This document shows positions 1 through 15,600 of a stretch of DNA of 64,000 nt, one piece after another. The DNA comes from the human T2T-CHM13v2.0 reference genome, Homo sapiens, in contig CP068257.2 in NCBI GenBank assembly GCA_009914755.4, forward strand, positions 7,424,001 to 7,488,000, written 5' to 3'. Below the pieces are notes generated by a model. It worked only from the letters and a program-made list of their open reading frames with translations, had not been told where the DNA came from and made no database searches. Position numbers and translations under genes: made by a program. Every line of letters begins with the position of its first letter. The first letter of the stretch is position 1.

Positions 1-65
1 GCTTTAATAATTCTGATTTATGAATGTAATATAGGGGAGCAGCTTTTATTTCGCCCTTAATCTTA

Positions 66-240
66 AAAAACAATTAGCTGGGTGTGGTGGTGGGCACCTG
101 TAGTCTCAGCTACTCAGGAGGCTGAAGCAGGAGGATGGTGTGCACCTGGGAGGCGGAGCTTGCAGTAAGCCAAAATTGTGCCACTGCACTCCAGCCTAAG
201 TGACAGTGTGAGACTCTGTCTCAAAAAAAAAAATAAAAAA
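66..240 (+). mobile_element. Alu SINE, 5'-truncated (right arm plus A-tail)
   Basis: Matches the Alu right-monomer consensus (agctgggtgtggtgg...cactgcactccagcct...gtctcaaaaaaa) and ends in poly-A. Confidence 0.85.
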
Positions 241-646
241 AGATCATACTTGGAGTAAATGATGATTTAGCATAAAACACAACTTTAGCCTAAAATACAG
301 ATCATAGGGCTCAAACTTTGTTATTTTATGGGATTATACTAATCAGTTAATATTCAAAATTTACCATTTCAAAAGAAGAAATATTGGTCAGGGAAAATTG
401 CCATTGCTTATACAGAAGAATGGAGGAATCTTTTTGACAACAACAATTCTAGTGATCTTCCTCATCACTGGTTCCAAAACCAAGCCCATGGAAGGCCTGC
501 ATAGGGATAATGTGGAGAACATGCAAGAGAAATACACATCACCAGCTCCTCAACTCAGAGCTCCAAGGGAATGGCCAAGGAAGCTGTATTGTCCTAAGAA
601 ATTTGAGACTGTTTTGACTTACAATAAATCCTGCTCAATCATATGT

Positions 647-682
647 ATGTATACACACACACACACCCACACACACAGACGG
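647..682. repeat. (CA)n-like microsatellite, imperfect
   Basis: Run of acacacacacccacacacacag. Confidence 0.8.
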
Positions 683-3455
683 TGTTGTCAGTGAAGTCTC
701 TAACAATGCATCTTGACTGGACAGATTTGACAATTAAAATGGCTGGAAGAAAATAGGCTTCATAAGTGTCACTTACTATTCACATTACACATTAAAAGGA
801 CATCTCCTAAATTAAATCTTGTCTATGATAAAAAGGCAGAAAATCATGACTCAAGGCTCATTTATAACTGCAGAAATGTTCAAGATAGACCAAGGCTTGC
901 TATGTTTAGGAACTGACAAGTACAGGTCTTTATAATCTACCATTTTGCCTCATTTGATACCAGGTGACCTTCATAATGCAGGCAATAGAGAATTGCAAGA
1001 TTTGTCAGAGATTTCAGGTCTTTGGAAAGCTATGCTCTTTCACAAGAACAGCCATGGAAACAGGAAGAAAGTCAATTCCCACTTAAGGTAATCAGAATTT
1101 ACAAATATTCCTCTCTTCATTAAAATCTCAATAGGCACTTCAATATTATATTTAATTAATTCTTTTGTTACAATCATGCATCACATAACAACATTTTGGT
1201 CAAGGATAGTGCACATGTATGACAGTGGTGCAATAAAATCATAATGCTGTACTTTTACTGTACCTCTTGTATGTTTAGACATGTATAGATACACTTACTG
1301 TATAGATGTAAGTATAGATATACTTAACTGTTGTGTTACAATTGCCTACAGTATTCAGTACAGTAACATGCTGCACAGGTTTGTAGCCTAGGAGGAATAG
1401 GCTATACCACCTAACCTAGATATGTAATCAGCTATAGCATCTAGGTTTGTGTAAGTAAACTCTGTGATGTTCATACAATAATAAAATTGTCCAGCAATGC
1501 ATTTCTCAGACACACCCCTGTCATTAAGTGACACATGACTGTATTAGTTAACACTATGGGAGCTTCATGGGAAATGGACACTCTAGCTCCACCATAAATA
1601 GAAACTTTTTATGTCAAAAAACACATAAAAGCATAGTTGCAAGATTACATTTCCTTCCAGATATTTCATTTAGTATCTCCACAGATCACTAACTTCCTGA
1701 ATAGCATTCTTGTGTCTCCACTGCCTCACATTTGATTTCAGGTCATTCCATCAATTGTCAAAGACGCATCCAACATTAACTTTCCAACTACTGGTTTGGA
1801 TTGTGTCAACATTGTCATTCTGGGCCACAACAACACAAAAGGCTAACTCAGTGAGGTAACATAGACACTGATCAGTGAGATTTTGCTGATGGATGGTACC
1901 ATTTTTTACCAAGATCAAGGGTATTCATACCTTCAGGCATCTAGATAACATTGAAAAGGGTAGGTTCATAGATAAAAAGGGAAAGAGGAAGGGTTTTTGC
2001 ACTATACATGAGCTACCATGTCTCCTGTTTAACCTGAGTCTGAAGAGATTCAAAGTGCAGGTGCCATGAATGCCTCTTTAATAGCTCCATGTCGATTGAT
2101 TTTCTGGGCTACACTTCCCAGCATTCAAATTGCTAAATGCATATAAACTACTAGTGAATATTTATTACCTGGATTTGTGCTTTTGAGTGATCTTATCTAT
2201 AGTTATGTGCTTCAGTGATCCAACTTGGGGTGTACTCCAAACTTTGATAAATTAAAGACCCTGCTTATTCCTTGAGTAATGGTACACTGACAACTGATTT
2301 AGTGAATGCCACTGTGAAAATAATAAACCTCTTGGTGAATATATTTAGACATGTCTTGTAACCTGTACACATCTTAACCAGGGATGTTACTTGGTCTTTC
2401 TATGTTCAGGAGTGTGTGGAGATAGAAAAACATACAGGATTGTAATTGTTGCCTGTGAGACTAACAGAAAATTCAAGCTAGTGAAGTATGCTTATGCATG
2501 GCACACTTCTCACCAGCAATTTTAGGAAGTTCTACCCACAACCCATATGTCTTTTGATATGTGGGTTACCTTGGATAGAGAAAAAGAAACTCTGAACACA
2601 AGCATGAAATACTTTAGAATTTTATCTAGAGTTGGACTTGTCCGAAAGCTTTTGTATAAACTTGCTTGATGAGCAACTGTTGTCCACTGGTACCTTCACT
2701 GTACAATCCACACACAACAAAACTTCACAACTGGACACCTAAATTTGCACTTTGTTTGGTAAAGTTGAATGAAAAATGTTGTCTTTTAAGCTTATGCTCT
2801 CTTATGAAAGCTGTTATTAGATGAATTTTACTCCAAGATATGCCAGTTAGGAAATAACTTCCAATTTTATTTCACCAGCTCCCTGTGGGTGGACTAATTA
2901 CTCACACATCACACTTACTCTGGTGGTGAAATGCCTCAAAAAAGGTCTCCAGAGTGTTGCTCTACCTAGAAGGACAAGAATGAAGAGACATAAAAATCAT
3001 TCATTAAGAAGGAAGAAGATTTTCCTTGCCTAGATTTGCACTTGTAGGATCCAATTAATTTTATCACTTAATATTTTGTCCTGGTGGGCATTCACTTTAC
3101 AAATTTGTAAGGTCAGTAGAAATGGAAACTTTTGGAAATCAAACTGTAAATGTTCTGTAGACGTTGACAGAAATAGCTATTTGGAGCTGTGCTTTTGCCA
3201 ACTAGACACTCTGAGAAAATCTGTGAGAGGATATTTTCAGGAAGTCATTGAACCCCCTAAAAATCAAGTTTATTGCTTTTACCATAAATATAAATAATTT
3301 ATTATCAACCACTTTCAATATTCCAATAAGTAACTTTGTTGTTTATTTCATTGACATGATCTACATAGACATGCAATTTATCTTCTTTTGCGATACATTC
3401 AGAAAAATTGCTGCCTGGAAAAGCCATGTTTTGAAATTACCACCTGTTTGATGAT

Positions 3456-3722
3456 TTTTTTTTTTATACTTTAAGTTTTAGGGCACATGTGCACAACGTG
3501 CAGTTTAATTACATATGTATACATGTGCCATGTTGGTGTGCTGCACCCATTAACTCGTCATTTAGCATTAGGTATATCTCCTAATGCTATCCCTACCCCC
3601 TCTCCCCACCCCACAACAGGCCCTGGTGTGTGATGTTCCCCTTCCTGTGTGCATGTGTTCTCATTGTTCAATTCCCACCTATGAGTGAGAACATGCAGTG
3701 TTTCATTTCCACTTAAGTATCT
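3456..3722 (-). mobile_element. L1 (L1PA-type) 3' end fragment, minus orientation
   Basis: Poly-T at 3456-3466, then the reverse complement of the L1 3' UTR and ORF2 end (cttaagtggaaatgaaacactgcatgttctcactcataggtgggaattgaacaatgagaac...). Confidence 0.85.
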
Positions 3723-6700
3723 ATCTCTATTTGTCCTTTATTTTCACTTCCATCCTAGCTCTATCCCTTGTCTCCTTCATGTGTCTCAAGATAAGTGCCC
3801 TATAACATTTTATATTTCTGGAAACCCTTCAATATAAAGTTATTACATGTAAAAATAAAAAGTCTGTTTTAGCAAACTTTTTCTTCACAAATTATCTTTT
3901 CCTAGTTCCCTATTGGACAATTTTTGTAGGCTCCATATGCTATTAATTTATATTCACTTTCAGAAGAATTTTCATCAAAAGCTAAAGTCTTATGTAAATT
4001 GTTTATATGCTATTTGTACTTCTATGTATATATACACACATAGCCACATACATATATGTAACTCCGGAGGCCTGCCTGGACTGTTAAATAACTGTATTGA
4101 ACAAGAGCAAGAAAAAGCTGTTCAAATTTCAAACAACAATTTGAACTGAAGAGCTCACATCTTTGAATGAAATAGACACTAGTAGCCTTTAAAAATTAAA
4201 CATTTCTACTGTTTTAAAAAATTATAGCCATCATAGTATGAGGAAAAATGTAATAATCCTTTTTAATTCTTGCCATTTTATTAACCACAGAGTCCTTATG
4301 CCCTGACTTCATTGGTACCCCTTTGAGATTAAACAGAACACTTAATTTAAAATTCTGATAAATAAATTAATTACACCATTTACTTGAGGTACTCTTTCAC
4401 CTTTCAAGAAATATTTTGAGAATTCATTAGCTAAACATTGCTATAATGCGGGCTAGAAATAAATGGAAATAATGATTTCATTGTAAAGTTTAAACTAATG
4501 ATGGTATGATCTGGAGTTTTTGTTAACCTAGAAGACATAATTAGCTCTAGAGGTGAAATGAAAGACAAAATCACTTCACATATTAGTAAAAAACAAATAA
4601 TATAACTTTATAAGCTACTGCTGTTCTTTTGCTATTAAGAATCAATGACATCTGTAATTAGGGAAGATTATGGAAAAGTTAAAGGTGAGAATACATGCAG
4701 TCTGTCGACAGGAAACCTAAACAGTTTAGGTTAAGGAAAGGTCGGCGAAAGTCATATTAATTAGCAGGTTCACAGGAAACTGACATTTATTGTATAAATT
4801 CCATGGTCAAATGTATTAGGGCTCCACGCACACAACTGTGCACCATCTATGTTACCACACAGTGCTTACTTCTTTCAGTCTTTATTCATTTCTCTCCTAA
4901 TGGTCTGTATGGTATTATTACATAGTTCTAAAGACCTTCCATGAGGCAGAAATTTCATTTAATGATATAGCTTTGAAAATAATGAAAAACAGTAGAAACT
5001 TTCTACTTTTTTATGAAGCAGAATTGTTGAATTTTCAGTTTCATTTATTTAATGTTACAAGATGACAAACAAATTTCTTTAATTCCTTCTTGTTATTTTT
5101 GTCTAACATCAACCAAAGCCATTTCTTTCATTTGAAGGTGAAAACTGCTCATCAAAATCCAGTTTAAGCTGAGAAACAAAGAACTAAATTTTGCATGAGA
5201 GATTATACACTGCATAAGTATAAAACAGGACCAGAAACAATGGTGGATTCACAATTTTTAAAAAGACAAAAGCAGGTTATCATTAAATCAATTCTTACCA
5301 ACACACCAATTTCACCTCTAGGCCAGAAAATTAGCCACTTACCCACGGGAAAACAATGATTGAAGACAAAGTTCACCAGTGAACGTTGGTTATTTTCCAT
5401 CCTTACATCAACTAAAATGATATCTACAGTTCCTCTTAACACTTTTCTTACTTTCAAATATGTGGGTATGCTTCATTAGCTGAGGCCATGTTCCATATGC
5501 ACATCTGGCTACAAGGGAAACTGGGAATGTGAGCCCTGATCCTAATGTTTGTAGAGTATTTAGAAATTTGAGAATTCCCTCCAAATAAAGAGTTTTTTAA
5601 AACATTGTTAGACAAAAAGTTTGAATTACAAAATGTGGTAGTAGCTCAGGTCTAACTCAAATGCAGGGAAAAAAACTATTAACTCTAAAAAAAAATTAAA
5701 TACACATTTGATGGTAATGAGAAACAGAAAACAGGCAGAAATAGTAGAATATTCAACCACTGATGAAGTATTTGACCATTGAATAAAGAAAATTGCAATG
5801 ATTTAAATTTGCATCAATGTAACGTCACACCTGATGACACTTCCCAGTCTGTGCAAAATTAGATGTCTAAGAGTAAAGCGGTGAGTTTTACTAGCTTGAG
5901 GAATAAGAGTACAGAGTTCCAGGCTGACAGAAAAGAAGAACTGGGAAATTTGAATGACATGGGAGGAAATCTCACACAACTGAAAGTCACAGAGGAGAAT
6001 GTCACAGAGTAAAAATCTAAAATCAGCACTTCAACTTCATTCAGATATATGATGGCTGCTACATTTCACATTCATAAAAAGAGACTCCATAGAATCCAGC
6101 AGAAAACAACAGCTAAATTGCTAGTACAGAGCAGAGATTTCAACCATTGCATGTAGCTCAGGAGTGAAAGTTTGGTGTTTGACTACAGAAAGAAGACTAA
6201 TGTTAGAAAAGAGTCACTCTTCAAAGGAAAATAAAAGAGCCTATCTCTACAAAATATCATACACATAATCTAACATATAATTTAACCTGCCTAGACATAG
6301 AACCAGGAAAATATGACACATAACAAAAAAAGTAAACAATGGATTAAGACATTGAAATGGCCCACATGCTGGAATTAGAAGATAAGAAATTTAAAATAAG
6401 CTATTATAAGCATATTCAAGGATTTAAGGAATAGATGGTCATAAGAGGGAATATATGGAGAATCTCAACAGAGAAGTAAAAATGATAAAGGGATAATAGG
6501 ACAAATTTTAGAACTGAGAGACAGAATATCTTATATAAAAATGTCATTTTATGCACATACCAGTAAATTAAAGATGGCAGAAAAAACTATCAGTGCACTT
6601 AAAAACAGATCAAGAACAATTTCCCAATACAGCTAATACAAAGGAGAAAAATAATAAAAATATGACCAGTCTAGCACTAATATAATTGGACTCCTAGAAA

Positions 6701-7597
6701 GAGTAGAGAAGAAAATGAGACAGAAAAAGCTATTTGAAAAAGTAAAGACCAAAGTTTTCCTAATTGTCAGCATATATCAACTTACAGGTTTAAGAAACTC
6801 AAAGAACAGAATAAAAATATACAGAACCAAATGTAGACATACCATAGTCAAACCACTGGGCAAAAAAAGAGTAAATCTTGAAAGTAGCTAAAGGGAGGGA
6901 GAAAATAATTTACATACGTGGAAACAAATAGGTCATCTACCTGTCATCAGAAATGACACTTTAAAAAGCAATGAAACTACATCTTCAAAATAAAAAAAAA
7001 CTGTTAACTCCAAATTCTATAACTAGAAAAAGTAATTCTTGAGAAAATAAAGATTTATTCAGATAAAAGAGAGCTTCGAACAATTGTCATTAGCAGACCT
7101 AGATACAAGAAATGCAAACGGAAATTTTTTAGACTAAAGAAAGATAACAGATGGAAATTCTGACCTACAGGAAGTAAGGAGAAGCTCTAGGAATGGCATG
7201 TGCATAAACAGGAAAAACTAAGGCTTTTTTCTTTTAGTTTTATAACAAAACAACTGATGGTTTAAATAAAAAATTAAGAGTACTATTGATAATGTATGTA
7301 GAGTAAAATATTCTAAATTAATAGCTCTGACAGGAGACTAAACGCAACAATTTTGCCACAACTTTTCTTTATGTTACATGAAAACGTTGACTATTAACAG
7401 TAAGTGGACTGCGATAAGCCCAGGATGTTTATTACAATCCCTAGAGAACCACCACATTATATGAAGATATTCTTCTAAAATGCCAATAAAGGAATTAAAA
7501 TGGAACGCTGAATATTGTTCAGTTAATATAAAAAGGCATGAAAGAAAGAACAGAGGAGCAAAAAATGATGGAACAAATAGAAGATAAGAGCAAAATA

Positions 7598-7905
7598 GGC
7601 TGGGCGCGGTGGCTCAGCCTGTAATCCCAGCACTTTGGGAGGCCGAGGCGGGTGGATCACGAGGTCAGGAGATCGAGACCATCCTGGCTAACACGGTGAA
7701 ACCCCATCTCTACTAAAAATGCAAAAATTAGCCGGGCATGGTGGCGGGCACTTGTAGTCCCAGCTACTCCGGATGCTGAGGCAGGAAAATGGCATGAATC
7801 CGGGAGGCAGAGCTTGCAGTGAGGCGAGATCCGCCACTGCACTCCAGCCTGGGCGACAGGGCCAGACTCCGTCTCAAAAAAAAAAAAAAAAAAAAAGCAA
7901 AAATA
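7598..7905 (+). mobile_element. Alu SINE (AluY-like, near-consensus, full length)
   Basis: Begins ggctgggcgcggtggctcagcctgtaatcccagcactttgggaggccgaggcggg, has the full dimer, a long A-tail, and target-site-duplication-like agcaaaaatag flanks. Confidence 0.95.
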
Positions 7906-9269
7906 GTAGGCTTAACTCCAACCTTATCAATAATTATTTCAAATGTAATTTAAATACTCCAAATAAAACACAGATTGTCCAACTATATAATAAAAGTACC
8001 TATAAGAGATGCATGCCAAATATTATGGTATAGATAAGTTGAGAGTTAAATAATTTCCAAGTATACCAAGGAAACAACAAGCACAAGAAATCTTATGTGG
8101 CTATATTAATATAAGAAAAAGTAGACCTCCAAACAAGCAATATTACAACAGAAAGCTATTTCATAATGATAAAATGTCAAGTAATTATGAAGACATAATG
8201 CTGTATTGCTGATAGAATAACTAAAGAAAGTTAAGGTAAAATAATTTTGACAACACCCTGACCTAATCGATATTGACCAAGAAAATAGAATATATGTTCT
8301 ATTATGCTACACATGAAACATTTATCAATAGGCTATAGACCACAAAATATCTCTCAAGAAGTTTCAAAACACTGTAATCATAGAAAGTATACTTTCTGAC
8401 CATAATGAAAATGAGTTGAAATGGGTGAAAACAAGCTACCCAGGAAAGTCTACACTATTGGAAGATTTAAATACACCTTAAAATGCCCTTTAGCTCAAGG
8501 AAGAAATCATAAGAACTGAATACAAATAAAAATATACTATATCAAAATATGTGGGATAAGTTAAGCAGACCCAGAGTAAATTTTTTGTATAAATGCTTAT
8601 TCTAAAAAAGAGAAGTTCAAAACAAGTGCACTAATTTTCTACCTTAAAAAGAAAATCTAAAACAAGAGAGCAAATTAAGTCCAAAACAAGTAGAAGAAAG
8701 AAAATAAAACAGAAATTAGAAATCAATGAGACAGAAAACAGACACAGGAGAAAATTAACATGGCCAAAAGTTAGTTCTGTGAGAAAGAAAGAAAACGCAA
8801 ATTATAAATATCAGGGATTAATGAGATTGTACAGTTGTAGACACAAGAGACATTAACAAGATAATGGAATATTGTGAAACACTTTATACTAATTTTCATT
8901 ACTTGGATGAAAGGGTGAATTCCTTGAAAAGAAACTTATAAAAAAATTCACAAGATTAAATGGAATATATGAAGTAATTGACATTTATTAAAGTAATTAA
9001 ATTGTCAAATACCTGCACATAAAAACATAAAACTAAAGAAATAAAAAAATAAGCAAACTCCACATCCAAAGAGTTTTGCTGGTGAATTCTTTCAAACGTT
9101 TTAAAAAAATAAAATTTTTAAATTATTTCAGAAGAAGGGGGAAATTCCAAACTTGTTTTATGAGTCAGAATCCTGATAGCAAAACTACAAAACCCAGGAA
9201 TGCAAAATTGATTTCAACTTAAAGGGCTATCACCATTCTAATCTGTGATTCTAATTAATTTGGCTATCT

Positions 9270-9850
9270 TAGATACTTTATACAAGTGGAATCATACAGT
9301 TTGTCCTTCTGTGACTGATTTACTTTACGTAGCATTAATGTCCTCTAGGTTCATCCATGTTGCATATTGCCGGATTTTCTTGTTTTAAAGCTGAATAATA
9401 TTCCGTTGTATGAATATACCACATTTTCTTTATCTATTCATCTGCCAATAAACATTAACCTTATTTCCACATTTTGATTAGTGTAAATAATGCTGCAATG
9501 AGCCTGAGAATCATCCCAATCTCAATTCTTTCAGATAAATAACCTGAAGTGAGATTGCTAGATCATATGGTAGTTCTACTTTCTTAATTTTTTTGAGGAA
9601 CAACTGTACTGTTTTCCATAGAGGCTGCACAGTTTTACTTTCCCAGAAACACTGTACAAGTGTTCCAATTTCTCCCCATTGTTAACACTCGTTATCTTTT
9701 TCTTTTAATAAGACCATTCTAACAGGCTTGAGGCAATATCTCTTTGTGGTTTTGATTTGCATTTCCCTGATGATTAGTGATGCTGAGCATTTTTTTCATG
9801 TACCTGTTGGTAATTTGGATATTTTCTTTGGAGAAATATCTATTGCTGAT
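9270..9850 (-). mobile_element. L1 ORF2 3' portion fragment, minus orientation, nested in the older L1
   Basis: Reverse complement of the conserved L1 ORF2 C-terminal region (...ttgatttgcatttccctgatgattagtgatgctgagcattttttcatgtacctgttgg...). Confidence 0.8.
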
Positions 9851-12284
9851 TAAAAAAAAAAAAAAAACTCTCAGCAAGCTAGAAAAAGAAATTTTCTCGA
9901 AGTGGTGGAAAGCATCCACAACAAAACATATAAACAATATTATATTTAATTGTGAAAGTGTAAATGTTTAAACCACATAGATTAGGACAAGAAAAGGATG
10001 TGTGTGTTCATCACCTCTATTCAACATTTTACTGGTGATCCTAGATTGAGTATAAATATTTAGGGGATAACTATTGTCACTGAAGCCCAAATCTTGGTCA
10101 TCCTCAGGAAAAAAAAAAAAAAAGTTGATTAGGTTGTATATAATCTAATTCTACTTGCTAATTTAATTTCTCTAAAATTACAGCTTGTATCAACTCTAGA
10201 ATTTATTGGGCACCTCCTAGGACATAAACACTGGAATTTGGTGAGAGACATCAAATAGGAAAGAACCTGGCTCTGACATAAATTCAACACACGGAGGGGG
10301 ACACACGTTATGAGACTGACCTGGCCTCTTCATCTCATAAAAGGGGTTCTTGTTGCTGGTAACACAGATTAAAACTATTTCAATTACATTCAAGGTAAAA
10401 AGATTAGCAATGATATGTAAGATGAAAAAATCACCCCGCAGGAAGACAAAAGTCTCACAAAAGGATATTTAAACTAGCCAACACTTTGAAATTCAGGCAG
10501 AGATCGTGCTTTCTGGGTGAACTAAAGTAGCAAGAACAAAGTAGAGGCTCCAATTCTAGGAAAAATGGGCTCTAATAAGGTTTACAATCCAGAAACTCAA
10601 GATATCCAGACAGAAGGATGCAGTCTCCGCTTTCAAGGCAGTAGCAGTACCTGGATTACTATGCCAATCCCCAACACAATCATAAACACAAATTTGATTG
10701 AGGACGAAGCTTGCCCACCAGAAGATTTAGGTTATTACAAGGTAGAATGTGATAGAGAAAACGAGCATGGGACTGGAAACAAGAGGAGGTAGTCCCATGA
10801 TTACAACTGGAATATATCTGTCAGAGATGGTGTGGAAATAAGACTGAAGAGAGAGCTCCTTAAACCTCACGTGCCTTACATCAGGACTAATCCTGGACAC
10901 AGGCTGGAAAGCATAGCCTACAGGTGGTGAGGGAGGAGGAGTGGACTCAGCTGTGAGAAGGAGAAGGAAATATGGCTGAAAACCAGATACGGGTCTTGAA
11001 ATCACACAGAGGATTTGGGCCTTTGCTGCTGTCTGCCAGCAGCTGCCAGTAGTTCTAACACTTTGGCTGGCATCAAAATCACCTGGGGCAGTGGTGGGGA
11101 AGCGGGGGGAGTGTTGTAAAACCACAAGTGAACAGGCAAAAAACACCTGTATGTTTTCCAATTCAGTAAGTACAGAAATATTAATTGGAAAAAGGTGGAC
11201 GTCAGACATTGATAGTGCTGTGGACTGCTCCAGGGACGTAAGCATGATCTTTAGAGAGGTGACTCTCATCAGTTGAGGGCAACCACTGGACAGAAAGAGG
11301 TCCAGACCAACCGTAAACAGAGACATCATACAAATACACTTTAGCAACCTCTCCAAATAACATGTCTCTTAGTGAAACTTAGGAGGTTGAAAGTTAAAAA
11401 CATAAAATCCCGTGGCATTTATGTATCCTAGGCACTTACATTTGTCTGATTCTTCCAACTTGCCTTTGCTTGGTTAGAGATTTGGGTAGACAAGAGGTGG
11501 ATTTACATGTGCCATTGTGAGAACTTTGATACACTCATTTAGACATTGACCTACTATCTTGATGTTTGAAAGCTAAAACCCAAAGAAATTTGTCTTTTTA
11601 CATAAAACAAATTCAGCCCTTACCTTCCTTGTCGATTACATCTTCCACTAGCAGTAATAAAAAAGTAACAATATGCATAAGTCAAAGTATCTTCTTAGAT
11701 CCTCTGTAGTGTTTTATTATTTTGTTGTGTTAATTAAAGTAACTGTCTGAAAATTTCAAGGAATGCCTGAGAAGCAATTCGTGTTCAAAGGCTGCCCTCT
11801 TGCGACAATGTGTTGTATGTTTTACTGTAAAAGTAATCTTATTTTACCTTATAACCTCTACAATCCAATTCATAACAACATAAAAAGGAAATAAAACCTT
11901 ACATAATTTTGAATTTTAAAAAGTACCTTGTTTATATGGCTCCTTTAGCTAATGAATAGTCAATTTGGTAAATATTCCAGTGAGTTGAAGGCTTGAATCC
12001 ATCTCACTTAACTAGCTTGATGGATGTATTTCTAAACCTATACAACCCACTCCTCTGCTTTTAAAAAATCAAAGTTAGCTGTAGATTGAGATGTCAGTGA
12101 CAGTTTATAGAACATAACTTAGATTGTCATCTACATTACTGTAACTACAAATACCACCCTCAGATGGAAGAATCAGTTTTATCAGTGAACATCTCTAATT
12201 GAACTGTAAATGGTGTATGTCTTCTGGCTTTTACAAGCTCTTGGTCTAACACAGGGGATATATGATGTAAAACTTACAAAGCAG

Positions 12285-12605
<321 letters not shown>

Positions 12606-15600
12606 CTATAATGTTTTGTGATGTTAAACTTTGGGAGCTTTTTTTTTTTCTTTCTTTTCCCAAGTCCCTTTCCCAGTTCCAGGAGCAGAGTTATTCTAAG
12701 CTCATTGATGTAAAGGAATAGAAAGAAAAGGTTTGGTGGAAAACCTAATAACCTGCTATCTTTCTGTCTTTTGTTTTTTAAAAGCTTGAGCATTTGGGAG
12801 AATTTGGAAAGATTGTGGAGTAAGTGCAAAGAAGGAATTTGCTAACAAAAATTATATAGGGTAAAATGAGTTTTTTCCAGGTTAGAAAATATCCACTCCC
12901 TACCCTCCTACATTCCTTTCCCATGGTTAAGAAGAGGAAAAAACAAAGGCCTCTTGCTGAGCAGTGGTGACTTAGGCAATTTCTTAGAAATATTCTAGAA
13001 GACATAGTCATCTTTTAAAAAAAATAGCTACAAGGATATGTCTAAGCAGAAGGGACCATGGGCCAAATTACGTGTAGATTTTTGCATTCCAAATATGGTA
13101 AAGAAGAAGCAGGAAGCTGGGGCTCCTAAACAGGTCACACAGAAATGGACGAGGAAGAGGCCAGCAGCAGCTTGTGGGGACAAGACGTCAAGCCCCAAAT
13201 GTTAAACCCACCATCCATCTTCCAAAGTCTGGCTCTGTTTAACAAGGCTGCGGTCTGACACTAGATGCCGCCTCAGTGACTATAGCATAATTTCCCGTCT
13301 CCTGGGAGTGTTGACAGCTGACTCCTGGCAACAATACTCACAGCACAGTAAAGTTCCTTCATCCAAGTTCATATCCCTTCTCAAGGCATCCCACATCCGA
13401 GAACTGCTTGGTACAGAAATATAATGGCCTGGTTTTCTTGCTCCAATTCCAGGTCATTAGGTAAACTCACCAAGATCCCTGTAGAGTGGACTGCAGCCGT
13501 GATAGTGATTGCATTCTAGCCGACTTCCTGCTCCGCCCAATCCTATTGCTTTCACTCTCCCACAGGTGTTGGGAATATCATTTCAACCTCCTTGCATGCA
13601 AATCTCCAACTCGGAGTCGGCTTCCTAGGACACCTGACTGGTGATATCTCTATCACTATCACGGTACTTAGAGGGGAGCATCTTAAAATGATTGAAGGCT
13701 AACTGCCCTAACAGCACTGGCAGATGGTGGCTTAAAATAGAATTTAAGTGGACTTAAAAAAACATGAAAAAAGTTGACATTGCACGCTCATATGAGCTTA
13801 TGGATCAAACCATGTGTATGATTTCTAAGATCCCTCGTGCAGTATATATTTGCACTGTTTATAAATGACATCCCCTTGAATTGAATTCAGTGCAATTCAA
13901 AACAATAATTTGTGGGAAAAATTAGATATGCAGATAGCCTGGACTCTAGAGAGGCACACATCATTTGGAAAATAATAGTGAACCGGCTGGTCTATGAGGG
14001 AAGAAAACAGAGTGAATATAGACTATTAGTGAACAAGGATATTTTCCCATGTATATTCAAATTAAGGTGAACTTCTTTAGAGAATTGTGCCTTAGAAAGA
14101 AAAAGTATTTCCCTATATTTGAGTCCTCACAAGTTTTCCTACGATGAGTGCTTTTGTGATTATTTTGAATAACAAAGTAATATTTAAAGAAATTCTCTTG
14201 CCCTGAATGTACTTTACATCAATTGATGTTGCATATAGAGAGCATCAGAGTCAAGCCACAAGAAAAGGAGGAACATAACTTAGCAAAGACTTAGAGGATT
14301 AGTCCTAATAGTGTGAAATCAAAAGTTCAAGTGAGGGAATAAATGCAGCTTTTAATGATTACTTAAATGAAGTTTAACTCTAGCAGGATCTACAAGAAAT
14401 TGGCAACCTTTGGCTTCAGTAACAGAAACTCAGGATATATGCCCTTCAGTGCTTTTGGATTCCGCATCATATTGAGAGCGACTCCTTTAAACAAACAATA
14501 AGAAACTTCCTGTGACAACATAATAAATTCAAAAAGTTCTGTAACTCAGACAATTTAGATAGAAGTGAGGACTTTGGCCTAGACAGCCCTGTTCACTCTA
14601 AAGATGGATTAAACAAGGAAAAAGATATTGATATCAAAAATTCAATCAGGAATTTGATTAAAGCATTTCATTAAATGTGATAATTTCTTAGTATATTATC
14701 TTACATATGCAATATTCATGTGTAACAAATTAAATACAAGTAAACATTTGAGCATATTATCTGCAGCATAATTTACATATCAATTTACATATTCAGTTTT
14801 GCTCACATGAAAACTTCGATCTTCTCAATAAGAAAATTTGTGAAATCTTTAATTCCTCATCCCCAGGAATGTCAATAAATAAATATAAATATTGTAAGTC
14901 AGTGATTTTTTCCTAGGAAGACAGTAAAATTACTTTACACGCCTTCTCATTGTAAACCTAAATAACAAACAGAGAAAGGTTCTCTAAAGGAAAAAGACAC
15001 ATCTTAGGGAGGAGGACACTGCAATGGGAATATGCATGACAAAGCAAACTGTGTAGATTCAAATGGTAAAGGAAGACAAGGTCTTTAAAAGAAAAACGAT
15101 CAACCTGGAATTATGGGGGAGTAGAAAAAAATAAATAAAGGAAAAATGAAGAGGCTTCTATAATTGTTTTGTTATAGTTATCTTTGACTATAAAGATCAA
15201 CAACAAGGTCGATGTCAGTTGAAGTTTGAGCAGGTGGTTGCTGGATAGATGTTCTCACAGAAGTGTATTTTGTGTAAGGTTGCTATGGCCTTTGTGCAAG
15301 GTTGTGGATTTTGTGGTATTTTGTGACAGTTTGTATCAGGCCTAGAAGCATGAGAACCCTCTCTTCAAGGCCTTCTCTGAATCTATTTGTCCAGGTTTTT
15401 TCTTTTCTTTTTTAAAGATTACCGACAGTTTTGATTCTGATACTTTTATATCATGATCACTAATTTCAAAAAAAATTAAACGTGTAACTTTTTTATGATG
15501 TATTTGATAGGCTTGGATTTATGAATCACCTCTACTATCTATAGTGGTAGATATATCTGAGCCTACTTACACAGCACTTCCATCAGATTCTCTCTTCAGT

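Larger units (their letters stand above)
5600..10130 (+). mobile_element. Ancient L1 (L1M-like) body, A-rich degraded ORF1/ORF2, with nested insertions
   Basis: A-rich sequence whose translation carries L1 ORF2 RT motifs (for example PLLFNILL at about 9990-10040). It is broken by an AluY (7598-7905) and a minus-strand L1 fragment (9270-9850). The 5' boundary is uncertain. Confidence 0.6.

Noticed and set aside
10727-11356. 209-codon minus-strand ORF in unique sequence.
   Set aside because: No splice-site context, no recognisable domain, low-complexity hydrophobic and Ser-rich peptide. Probably a chance ORF in what may be an old unclassified repeat, since the region contains ...catcaaaatcacctgggg..., reminiscent of MER-type elements.
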